This document shows, in pieces, positions 46,861 to 59,364 of a stretch of 64,000 nucleotides of DNA (within the stretch, counting starts at the first letter, position 1; each line of letters opens with the position of its first letter). The notes under the pieces were generated by a model. That model was not told the DNA's origin and searched no databases. It saw only the letters and a list, made by a program, of their open reading frames with translations. Source of the DNA: Mobula hypostoma (Eukaryota). The stretch is from NCBI RefSeq assembly GCF_963921235.1, contig NC_086097.1, positions 244,654,001 through 244,718,000 on the forward strand, written 5' to 3'. The position numbers and the translations under genes are program-made.

Positions 46861-48727
46861 AAGGAAGTATATATTTTTCAGTGCAATTTTTGAAGTTCCA
46901 TTTTTGAAAATTCCCCTGATTTTCCTGAAAACAGGTTAATATTTTGTACTAAATATGTTAAAATTTAGCAGAAACTGATAATGTACCAGGAAAAGTGAAT
47001 TATTTGGTGGCATTCTATCTTTTGCATTAAGTGCGTTTTTGAAATAATTACCCAAGTTCAATGGTCATGAAACAATCCATGAATACAGCCAAATGAAACA
47101 GTGTTCCTCTGGGGCCAGGCTGCAAAATATACACAGCAAATATCCAGTCACACAAAAAAAAATGTTTGTGTGTGATTTGTTCCTCAAATTCAGTTCACAG
47201 GTGAATGCATGCACATAAACTAGCTTGTCATTCCAATGATTAGCCACTGGAGGGCAGCACTGACTGGAGAGGCCAGTCCCCAAACGAGCATGGATGCTAC
47301 ACCACAACGCCTCCGTCCAAGACAATTACCTGTCTTTGCGCTGCATGCCATCACTACACTGCACAGTAATGAACCAATCATTAGTGCTCAGTGTGAGTAG
47401 AGGAATGTGCTGAGTGAGACCTCGACGAATGATGCAGGGACACAAGTGCAGCTTCTGCCATAGAGATTGGGAAATTTAAATGTTATTAAATTTGGGATAT
47501 GAATGTTGTGCCTTGCTGCTTCCAGGAAACGGATACAGCATCCTTGGGGCCCCATACCACCAGGTTCAGGAGCAGCTATTTCCATTCAACCATCAGACTT
47601 CTGAACCAGCATGAATAATGTCACTCACCTCAACTCTGAGCTGATTCTGGAATGTATAGACTTGCTGTTGAGAACACCACAATTCATGTTCTCAATATTA
47701 TTCATTTATTTATTCCTAATTGGTTTATTTTTTGTATTTGCAGTTTGTCACCTTTTGCAAAGTTATTTATTTAGTGAGGTAGAGCGCAGGGAAGGCTTTT
47801 TGAGCCACAAGACCCAACAATCCCTGATTTAACCTTAGTCTAATTTAGGACAATTTCCAATGATCAATTAATCTACCAACCAGTATGTCATACATATGGG
47901 AGGAAACCAGAGCACCCAGAGGAAACTCACGCTGTCACAGGAAGAACATACTTGCTCCTTGCAGACAGCAGTGGGAATTGAATCCACATTGCTGGTACGT
48001 AAAGCGTTGCACTAGCCACAATGGTACTGTGTTTGTGTGTAGTTTTTCATTGTTTTTTATTGTGTTTCATTCCTGTACTGTGAAAGCCTGCAAGAAAACT
48101 AATCTCAGGTAGTATATGGTGACGTATTATATACTCTGATAATAAACTTACCTGGAACTTGGAGCCTCGGCATTCTCCCTGGCGCCCCTGGCATTAGCAT
48201 CTTTTGGCTGCACGTGCATCATTTGAGGGGAAGTGCAGCAACTTGTCAAGATGTCATTAATCAGCAATTGTGATCTCCACCAGTTACAAAAACAAGGACC
48301 CAGCTCCCTCTGAGTGGGTAAAGAGCATTTAAACTGGGGCTCCAGTGAGTGGACTGGTGAGCCATATTCTGAACTATCAAATTTTTTGGATGGCAAATTA
48401 CCAGTGTTTTACTGCACTCAGCTAGTTACCTGTCCGTGCAGCTCAAACTTCCTGTGTGGCACTTGATCAAATGTCGTTTGGAAGTCCATAATATATTGCA
48501 TTACTTATGTTTCCTTCATCAGCCTTCTATCACTTGATCAATAAAATTCTACCAAATTACTTTTATGACTTGATCGTTCCAAGTCTTTGCAGGCATTTTT
48601 TCATCAATCAATCTACCTCCAATTCTGTTCTTGGTTATTGTTTCTAAAACTTGACCTGCTACTGAAGTTAAACTGATTAATTGAGTTAAATATAGTATGT
48701 TTAATTCAATTAATCAATTATCAACTA

Positions 48728-49875
48728 AAGCTCAGCATTTAATACCATCATTCCCACAATCCTGATTGAGAAGTTGCAGAACCTGGGCCTCTGTACCTCC
48801 CTCTGCAATTGGATCCTCGACTTCCTAACTGGAAGACCACAGTCTGTGCGGATTGGTGATAACATATGCTCCTCACTGACAATCAACATTGGCGCACCTC
48901 GGGTGTGTGCTTAGCCCACTGCTCTACTCTCTATATACACATGACTGTGTGGCTAAGCGTAGCTCAAATACCATCTATAAATTTGCTGATGATACAACCA
49001 TTGTTGGTAGAATCTCAGGTGGTGACGAGAGGGCGTACAGGGGCGAGGTATGCTAACTACTGGAGTGGGGCCGCAGCAACAACCTGGTACTCAAGGTCAG
49101 TAAGTTGAAAGAGCTGATTGTGGACTTCAGGAAGGGTAAGACGAAGGAACACATACCAATCCTCGGAGGAATCAGAAGTGGAGAGAGTGAGCAGTTTCAA
49201 GTTCTTGGGTGTCAAGATCTCTGAGGATCTAACCTGGTCCCAACATATTAATGTAGTTATAAAGAAGGCAAGACAGCAGCTATACTTCATTAGGAGCTTG
49301 AAGAGATTTGGCATGTCAACAAATACACTCAAAAACTTCTATAGTTGTACCATGGAGAGCATTCTGACAGGCTGCATCACTGTCTGGCATGGAGGGGCTA
49401 CTGCATAGGACTGAAAGAAGCTGCAGAGGGTTGTAAATCTAGTCATCTCCATCTTGGGTATTAGCCTACAAAGTACCCAGGACATCTTCAAGGAGCGGTG
49501 TCTCAGAAAGGCAACGTCCATTATTAAAGACCTCTAGCACCCAGGGCATGCCCTTTTCTCACTGTTACCATCAGTTAGGAGGTACAGAAGCCTGAAGGCA
49601 CACACTCGGTGATTCAGGAACAGCTTCTTCCCCTCTGCCATCCGATTCCTTAACGGACATTGAACCCTTGGACACTAAATGTATTTTTTAATATATGGTA
49701 TTTCTGTTTTTTGCAAGATTTTTAATCTATTCAATATACGTATACTGTATAAAGTATACTGAATAAGATTTACTTATTATTTTTTATTCTATATTGTGTA
49801 TTGCCTTGAGCCGCTGCTGTTTAGTTAACAAATTTCATATACCATGCTGGTGATAATAAACCTGATTCTGATGTT
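48728..49875 (+). mobile_element. Rex1/Babar-like LINE, 5'-truncated
   Basis: [34 protein letters not shown] and ESILTGCITVW motifs, with an aataaacctgattctga tail. A related 3' fragment lies at 55862-56600. Confidence 0.8.
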
Positions 49876-49929
49876 GAATATAAAACATATGCTGCAGGAA
49901 CAGGTCCTTTGCCTGCGCTGACTATTATA

Positions 49930-52900
49930 ACGATATAACCATACAACAATTACAGCACGGAAACAGGCCATCTTGGCCCTTCTAGTCCATGCCGAACACT
50001 TACTCTCACCTAGTCCCACTGACCTGCACTTGGACCATAACCCTCCATTCCTTTCCTGTCCATATAGCTATCCAATTTAAATTTAAACGACAGCATCGTA
50101 CCCGCCTCAACCATTTCTGCTGGAAGCTCATTCCATACAGCTACCACTCTGAGTAAAGAAGTTCCCCCTCATGTTACCCCTAAACTTTTGCCCTTTAACT
50201 CTCTACTCATGTCCTCTTGTTTGAATCTCTCCCACTCTCAATAGAAAAAGCCTATCCACGTCAACCCTATTTATCCCCCTCATAATTTTAAATACCTCTA
50301 TCAAGTACCCCCCTCAACCTTCTATGCTCCAAAGAATAAAGATCCAACTTGTTCAACCTTTCTCTGTAACTTAGGAGATGAAACCCAGGTAACGTTCTAG
50401 TAAATCATCTCTCTACTCTCTCTATTTTGTTGACATCTTTCCTATAATTCAGTGACCAGAACTGTACACAATACTCCAAATTTGGCCTTACCAATGCCTT
50501 GTACAATTTCAACATTACATCCCAACTCCTATACTCAATGCTCTGATTTATAAAGGCCAACATTCCAAAAGCTTTCTTCACCACCCTATCCACATGAGAT
50601 TCCACCTTCAGGGAACTATGCACTATTATTCCTAGATCCCCCTGTTCTACTGCATTCTTCAATGCCCTACCATTTACCATGTATGTCCTATTTTGATTAG
50701 TCCTACCAAAATGTAGCACCTACATTTATCAGCATTAAACTCCACCTGCCATCTTTCAGCCCACTCTTCTAACTGGCCTAAATCTCTCTGCAAGCTTTGA
50801 AAACTTACTTCATTTTCCACAACTCCACCTATATTAGTATCATCTGCATACTTACTAATCCAATTTACCACCCCATCATCCAGATCATGAATGTATATGA
50901 CAAACAACATTGGACCCAGTACAGATCCCTGAGGCACACCACTAGTCACCGGCCTCCAATCTGACAAACAGTTATCCACCAATACTCCCTGGCGTCTCCC
51001 ATCCATCCACTGCTGACTCAGTTTTACTACTTCAATATTAATACCAAACCATTGAACCTTCCTAACTAACCTTCCATGTGGAACCTTGTCAAAGGCCTTA
51101 CTGAAGTCCATCTTGACAGCATCCACCGCTTTACCCTCGTCAACTTTCCTAGTAACTTCTTCAAAAAAAATTCAATAAGATTTGTCAAACATGACCTTCC
51201 ACATACAAATTCATGTTGACTGTTCCTAATCAGACCCTGTCTGTCCAGGTAATTATATATACCATCTCTAAGAATACTTTCCATCAATTTACCCCCAAAC
51301 TCAGAGGCCGATAATTGCTAGGTTTACTCTTAGAACCCTTTTTAAATAATGGAACAACATGAGCAATATGCCAATCCTCCGGCACCATCCCCGTTTCTAA
51401 TGACATTAGAAATATTTCTGTCAGAGCCCCTGCTATTTCCACACTAACTTCCCTCAATTTCCTAGGGAATATCCTGTCGGGACCCAGAGACTTATCCACT
51501 TTTATATTCCTTAAAAGCGCCAGTACTTCCTCTTCTTTAATCAGCATAGTTTCTATAACTTCCCTACCTGTTTCCCTTACCTTACCCAATTCAATATCCT
51601 TCTTATTGAATACCGAAGAAAAGAAATTGTCCAAAATCTCCCCCCATCTCTTTTGGCTCCGCACATAACCGTCCACTCTGATTCTCTAAGGGACCAATTT
51701 TATCCCTCACTATCCCTTTGCTATTAATATAACTGTAGAAACCTTTTGGATTTATTTTCACCTTACTTGCCAAAGCAACCGCATATCTGCTGTTAGCTTT
51801 TCTAATTTCTTTCTTAAGATTCTTTTTACATTCTTTATATTCCTCGAGCACCTCATTTACTCCATGCTGCCTATATTTATTGTAGATATCTCTCTTTTTC
51901 TGAACCAAGTTTCCAATATCCCTTGAAAACCATGGCTCTCTCAAACTTTTAACCTTTCCTTTCAACCTAACAGGAACATAAAGATTCTGTACCCTCAAAA
52001 TTTCACATTTAAATGACCTCCATTTCTCTATTACATCCTTCCCATAAAACAAATATTCCCAATCCACTCCTTCTAAATCCTTTCGCATCTCATTAAAGTT
52101 AGCCTTTCTCCAATCAAAAATCTCAACCCTGGGTCCAGACCTATCCTTCTCCATAATTATATTGAAACTAATGGCATTGTAATCACTGGACCCAAAGTGC
52201 TCCCCAACACAAACCTCCGTCACCTGACCTATCTCATTCCCTAACAGGAGATCCAACACTTCCCCTTCTCTAGTTGGTACTTCTATGTATTGCTGCAAAA
52301 AACTATCCTGCACACATTTTACAAACTCCAAACCATCCAGCCCTTTTACAGTATGGGCTTCCCAGTCTATGTGTGGAAAATTAAAATCTCCCACAATCAC
52401 AACCTTGTGCTTACTAAAAATACCTGCTATCTCCTTACAATTTTGCGCCTCCAATTCTTGCTCCCCATTTTATCCTACCAGAGCACTGCTGTAATATTTT
52501 CTCTGCCAAGCAATGCAACACCTCCCCCTCTTGTCCCTCCGATTCTGTCACACCTAAAGCAATGAAATCTAGGAATATTGAGTTGCCAATCACACCCCTC
52601 CTGCAACCATGTTTCACTAATAGCTACCACATCATACTTCCAGGTATCAATCCATGCTTCAAGCTCATCCACCTTTCTTATAATGCTCCGAGCATTAAAA
52701 TAAATGCATTTAAGAAATTTTCCACCTCTTAGTCTCTGTTTATCGCTAACGGTGCAAACAACTTTACTATATTCTTTTTCTGCCTTCTCCCCTACATCTG
52801 TTCCTATACTCTGGTTCCCCTCCCCCCTTGTATCTGGTTCAAATCCTCTGGAGCCTCTCTGGCAAATCTACCTGCAAGATTATTTGTCCCCCTCCAGTTC

Positions 52901-53630
52901 AGATGTAAACCGTCCTGCCAGAACAGGTCCCACCTTCCCTGGAAAACTGCTTAATTATCTATAAATCTGAAGCCCTCCCTCCTGCACCATGTCTTCAGCC
53001 ACGTGTTGATCTGCGCTATCTTACTATTTCTAAACCCACCTGCAATTGGCACTGGTAGCAATCCTGAGATAGCTGTCCTGGAGGGTCCTGTCCTTCAACT
53101 TGGCGCCTAACTCCCTAAACTCACCTTTCAGGACCTCCTCACTCTTCCTACCCACGTCATTGGCCCCGACATGGTCCACGACATCTGGCTGCTCACCCTC
53201 CCTCTTGAGAATACTGAGAACTCGATCCGAGATATCGCGGACCTTGGCACCAGGGAGGCAACAGACCATCCGGGATTCTCGATCTCTTCCACAAAACCTC
53301 TTATCTGTCCCCCTAACTATCGAATCCCCTATTACTACTGCTCTCCATTTTTTCCCTCCTTCCCTTCTGAGCTGAGGGTCCCGTCTCGGTGCCAGAGGTG
53401 CAACCACTGCAGTTTGACCCTGGTAGGTGGTCCCCATCAACAGTACCCAAAACGATGTACTTATTATTGGGGGGAACGGCCACAGGAGTGCCCTGCTCTT
53501 TTTGTCTATTCCTGTTCCCTCTCCTGATGGTCACCCAGCTACCTGTCTCCTGACTCTTAGGGGTGACTATCTCCCTGTAACTCCTGTTTATTTCTGCCTC
53601 TGCCTCCCGAATGATCCGAAGTAACAATCT
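49930..53630 (-). mobile_element. CR1 LINE, long decayed copy (ORF1 esterase + ORF2)
   Basis: VVIGDSIVRGTD..HVGAND (ORF1); ISETW, GDFNFP, DFSKAFDKVPH and KYADD (ORF2). Confidence 0.93.
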
Positions 53631-53942
53631 AATTCCCATCTCCCTGCAGATTGTCTGTATACCTCCACCCTTCCTCTTGTATCTTTTCAAATACCTCTTG
53701 AGCATTACTGTTCTATCTTACCTTGGCAGCACTTATCAGGCAACTACAAATACGTATACTTTTTAAAAAAAAAACTGACTTGCACATCTCCTTTTTATAA
53801 TCTCACTTTCACCTTATACCTATCCTCCCTAATATTTGTGATCTCCACCCTGGGAAAAGAGTGTCTATACTATCTATGCCTCAAAACTTTATATACTTCC
53901 AGTCTGATTGCCCCTCTGTGGCATTCCAGTTACTGGTTTAAT

Positions 53943-54560
53943 AAGACCATAAGACGTAGGAGCAGAGTTAGGCTATTTGGTCCATTAAGTCTTCTCTGCC
54001 ATTCGATCATGGTGATTTATTTTCCCTCTCAACTGCATTCTCTTTCTTACCTTCTCTCGTAACCTTTGTTGCCTTTACCAATCAAGAACCTGTCAACCTT
54101 TGCTTTAAATATATCCAATGACTTGGCCTCTACAGCCTTCCGTGGCAATCAATTCCGCAGATTCACCACCCTAAAGAATTCCTTCTCATCTCATTTCTAA
54201 AGGAATGACCTAATCTGAGGTTGTGCCCTCTGGTTGTAAACTTTCCCTCTATTGGAAACACCTCCACTCTTTCAACGCCTGTAAATATTCAGTAGATTTC
54301 AATGAGATCCTCCGCCCCCCCCCCCGCCATTCTTCTAAACTCCAGTGAGTTTCAGCCCAGAGCCATCAAGCTGTCCTCATACCTTAACTCTTGAATCCTT
54401 GGGATCATTCTTGTAAACCACCTTTGGACCTTTACCAATACCTACATGTTCTTTTTTAGCTAAGGGGCCCAAAACAGCTCTCAGTACTGCAGATGTGCTT
54501 TGACCAAGAACTTATGAACTCTTGGCATCTTACATTCTTTTTTGACGAGGACCTAATATC
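53943..54560 (-). mobile_element. CR1 3' fragment
   Basis: Tail taagaccataaga, shared with 38404. Confidence 0.75.
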
Positions 54561-56131
54561 TGCAATTTTCCAGTCTTTAGACTCCACCTTGCATCGAAAG
54601 GTGTTTGGATTATGTTCAGAGTTTCTGCAGTTTGCTTCTTTAATTCTTTTGCATGTTTGAATTGAATGTGTCCCCTGATTCCGATGACAGTTTCTAGGCC
54701 TTCCAGGATTTTGACTGCATCTTTCTTTAGATAGACTCTAGCAGTATTTTCCTTCATGTAAAGTGCTCATCTAGTAAACCATCCATGACCTCTCCTTCAT
54801 GGTGTGCGTTTCTGTTTGGTATCTAACAATCATTTTTCTATTGAATATAGAAACTCTGCAGAACATTTTAATCTCTTTTTTTGTCTGCTGTTCAGTTTTA
54901 CCTCTTTCTTTGCCTTCAATTTTTCTACCCTTTGCAACTTCCTGTACTTGGCTTGATGTTAACTAGAAATCATCCTTCTAATTGTCCCATTTTAGTCATC
55001 TATGCGGATTGGGCTTTAACCATCACATTCTCAAAGGCAGGCAATTAAATGCTAGCTCAGCCTGTGAAGCCCACATTCCTTGAATAATAAAAAAAAGTAT
55101 AGTGTGTGAATGATCTCACCCAGCACTTCATAGTTACTATAGATTTCTTCCAGTCATATATGAAAATTATACCATTATAAAACATTATCAGTATCGAGAA
55201 CTTGGAGCCAATAATGTTTTGGTACATTTTTTGCTGTTTTTTACTGGTTTAATTAGGGTGTTGGAATAGACTCTGTAATTGTTATTTTTCTTAAAGTTTA
55301 ACTTTGTACTTCTGTTTTTTTTAGTTTTTCTGTTTGTTGTTTAATTCAAGCAATGGAATTGAATGGAATGCGTTTTGTCAGCAATCTGGTATAAGAGGAC
55401 CAGACCATGTTGGACTGGGTTCTTCCTCTCTGTTCTTTCCCCTTACCACTAGGCTCTTTGTCTTTCATTCTTTCTCTTTCCTTTCTCATTTTGTTCTTTT
55501 ACCAATAAATGGTTGTAAGCAACAAGTTTTATGCCTCATTCTTCTGAAGAATCTTGGATCAGAAGTGCTAGGGTCCAGCAGTAGTTAGACTTGAGAACAT
55601 TTTAACATTTGGTATTCATCCAGTTTTTTGTTGCACATTTCTAACTGTTTCTAAATCGGACATTCTTCTTTTTGTACATTTCATGATAGCTGGCCTGAAA
55701 GAATAGGTGTAATCATTCTTAAAAGATTTTTTTTAACTTCACATGTTAGCTTGCTCCACAGAACTGGCCGACATCTTCTCCTGAGAAGGTTCCAGTGAGC
55801 AACTGGAGTGCAGGTTTTGTTTGTGGTTGTTTTGGTTGTGACCTGACAGAGATTTGGTTGCATTAATCTTTAGGGAGTGATGTCTCATTAATGTAGCGTC
55901 CATTATTAAGGACCTCCAGCACCCAGGGCATGCCCTTTTCTCACTGTTACCATCAAGTGGGAGGTACAGAAGCCTGAAGGCACACACTCAGCGATTCAGG
56001 AACAGCTTCTTCCTCTCTACCATCTGTTTCCTAAATGGACATTGAAGCTTTGGACACTATCTCACTTTTTTTAGATACATATTTCTGTTTTTGCATGTTT
56101 TTAAAAATATTATACATAATTGATTTACTTG

Positions 56132-56136
<5 letters not shown>

Positions 56137-56170
<34 letters not shown>
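56137..56170. repeat. (TTA)n microsatellite
   Basis: About 11 perfect units. Confidence 0.9.
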
Positions 56171-56174
56171 GTTT

Positions 56175-56468
56175 TTTAGTTAAAGTTTGTCCCAAGCCTT
56201 ATAGGCTCATCAGGCCGATGCTTATGCCGGTTTCCGTGGCGTGAAGCAACTGAGAGTACGAGACTCCCCGCCCCCCCGCCCCCGGGATAGGATGCCAGTC
56301 TATCGCAAGGTTAACCCCTAGCATTTTTGCCGGTACCTATTTTCAGCTGGGTGGACTGGAGCAGTGTGTGGTTAAGTGCCTTGCTCAAGGACACAACATG
56401 CTGCCTCGGTTGGGGCTCGAACTCACGACCTTCAGATCGCTAGTCCAACGCCTGGGCCACGTGCCACA
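56175..56468 (-). mobile_element. tRNA-head SINE with a different (non-RTE) body and tail
   Basis: The reverse-complement head is nearly identical to 33099-33213 (B box GTTCGAGCC), then continues ccagtccacccagctgaaaataggtacc...cggaaaccggcataagc. Confidence 0.8.
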
Positions 56469-56903
56469 TGTCTTTTATTTACTATTATTTTTTTCTCTGT
56501 CTTGATTATGTATTCTCTGATTATGTATTGCATTGAACTGCTGCTGCTAAGTTAACATACTTCACGTCACATGCCAGTGATAATAAACCTGATTCTGATT
56601 CTTTTGGAACATGTTGGTTTAATTTTCTCAAATGCTCTTCCCAAATGCGCACCTGAAACAGGCATTATTGTATCAAGCTATTTCTCATCCCAACCAAGCA
56701 ACGATCTCTTCATTTGTGTTCACTTCCCATCCCCATTGCTTGGATCATTTAGATTAAGTAGTGACTTACAGCTTGTTTAATCTTCCTCTTCATAAACTTT
56801 GGTTCACTGGCCATAGGTTTTCCTCAAACATTTTTGTCCAGCCCTTACCCCTGAAAGCTTATTCCTACTTCCCACTGTTAAAGTTTGTTCATCGTATCCA
56901 CAG

Positions 56904-57001
56904 GTAAGAGATACAGCCATGAATACAATGGTGGAGATTTATCGACATGTTGGAGAGAGAGTCCGAGCTGACCTTTGCAGAAAAGGAGTTCCACAAGCAC
57001 G
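56904..57001 (+). CDS. CLASP2: CLASP-family exon, VRDTAMNTMVEIYRHVGERVRADLCRKGVPQA+2 nt
   Basis: Acceptor atccacAG and donor GTaaga; 98 nt. Contains the CLASP signature VEIYRHVGERVRADL. Confidence 0.95.
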
Positions 57002-59364
57002 GTAAGATTTTTCAGTGACTTGAAGGTCAATTATTTGATATATTGCATGTTCATCAGTTTTTTTATTGTCATACATTACATAAATCAGCCCACCTCTAAG
57101 GTCTATGAATCTTTGAAATTCTCTGCCTGAGAGAATTATGGTGATGAAATCACCGAATATATTCAGGTTGGCCTTTTACAGACATTTTAAAACACAGTGG
57201 AGTGAAGATGTGTGGGGGAAGAGCAGGAAGGTGGTGTTGAGGCCTAGAATGAATAAACCACAATTTTATTGCAAGATTGAGGACAAAGGGCTGATTGATG
57301 TACCTAATTTTCAAGCCCCTAATGCGTAAAAATATAAATACACCATAATAGAAGGTTAAAATAGTTCATGTCAGTGCCCTTCAGAAGTATTTGTTAAGGT
57401 GCACTGGCTGAAAACAAACTTCTGCCTTAAAGCTCTGCCCTTTCTCCAACCTTGGCCATGTCAGCCTTTCTGCCCATGTACACTGATCCCAACTTACCCC
57501 ATGGGGCCCATACTATTCTATGCCCTACTTATTTAAGTGCCTTTCTAAATGTTTCATAAACATAGTAATTGTACCTGACTCCAACACCAGCTCTGATAGC
57601 AAATTCCAGATATGAACCATCTCTGCATAAATAAAACTTTCACCACCTTTCCCTTTTAATACGACTTCCTCTTAACTTCAATCACAACCCTCTTTGATAG
57701 TTCTACTAAGCTGAAGGTTATGAAGGTTAAGTAGACAAAAAAAAATCAGACTATTTAACCATATCTGTTTCTCTTATAATGTTATAAGCATACGAATACA
57801 GATGAAGTCCTCAGGTATAGTCAGGTTCAGAAGGAGAGCTGATCTTAGTGACTAAATCTGACTGCCTGACCCAGTAGATACAGGGACAGTCTTTCTGCTA
57901 GTTCAAGTCAGAAATGAAATGAGGGATCAGCTGTTCAGACCTGAGATAAGAGAGATTACCCAGAGGGTGATAACTCTTGAGAGTTCTCTATCTCATGAGA
58001 GGTCTGGAGGCTTTGGTAATGAGTACATACAAGATGGGGATTGATAGATTTTGGAATATTGAGGCAATCATGAAATGTGTGGTTTGTGCATGATCGTATT
58101 GGATGGATGAGCCTACACAAATGGGCTAATAACCTTGTCCCTGAAATTTCTTATTTTCTCATGTCTTGATCTTCATGATAGAAGACCATGAATTATTAAC
58201 TGAGGAGAGGAATCTGAGGGTGTTTTGAGATTTTTTTTGTGGTAAAACAACACCATGATATTTTGCAACACACAAAATGCTGGAGGAATTCAGCAAGTCA
58301 GGCAACATTTACGGAAGGGAATAAGCAATCGTGTTCCAGGCCAACACTCCTCATTTATATATTCTCCTCCACAGCTGTTGCCTGACTTGCTGGGTTCATC
58401 CAGCATTTTGGGTATTGCTCAAGATTTCCAGTATCTCCACAATGTCAGCACCTGCCGACACTTTGCCTTCCACTTTGATCTTTCAATAGTAATGTTTTGG
58501 TGAGGGAATCGCGAGGTAATTGACCCTCATGTGGCCTTATCACAATGCAATAGTGATGAGGCCATGTCTTTGTCAAAAATATTCATCTGTTTCCCTTTTA
58601 TGGGAGGGATGGTAAGGATTATTCAGGAGAGACAAATGAGATTGTAAAAAAAGCTACTCAGCTCAGTAAGAGCATTGTAGATGACGGAGAGGCCAGGGAT
58701 GAGGACAGTGCAGAGGTTGGAGAGGACAGAGCTGAGGGCATGGGGGGGCTAACGGCGAGGGTGAGGTCGAGGGCATGGGGGCAAGCGGCAAGGATGGGGT
58801 TTTATTGGGTGCAGGGGTGGCTGACAACAATATTCATAATTTTCCTAAAAGTGGCGGCGATCAGTTACCTCCTTGAAATTTTGCAGATGGATAGGGAGAC
58901 TTGTAATTTAAAGATGATTGGATAACAGTATAACTCCAGTGTTTTATTTGCTGTTTAGAAATGTGTGGTTAATGGAAGTGAGTAGAATATATTGAATGAT
59001 GTAAGGAACAGGTGAGGGCCTGAGTTGTCTGAAGAAGCCGGATAGGCTTGGTTTTTGCCTGGAGAGTTGGAGGCTGAGGAGTTTCCTTATAGAGGTGTAT
59101 AAAATCATGAGGAGCATAGATGAAGTGAATGATCAGTCTTTTTCTCCAGGTGAGTGGGTTCCAAAACTAGTTGACGCAGATTTGATGCGTGAGGGAAAAA
59201 ATTTAAAAGGAAGCATCGAAGCATGTCATTTGGCTTAACATTGCCCAGGCAATCAATGAGTACCTTCTGCATTAATCACATCTCCCACCCTTGAGGTGGT
59301 ATTTCAGATGTTCATCTGAATATTACCTAAATGTTATCAGTGATTCACCTTTGACCATAGTTGC

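Noticed and set aside
56185..56240. CTGATGAG plus GAAAC on the minus strand as a hammerhead
   Set aside because: GAAA does not follow stem II and there is no room for stems I and III. It is SINE tail sequence.
46505..56903. U12-type intron
   Set aside because: The donors are GTGAGT, GTATGT, GTAAGT and GTAAGA, not GTATCCTT.
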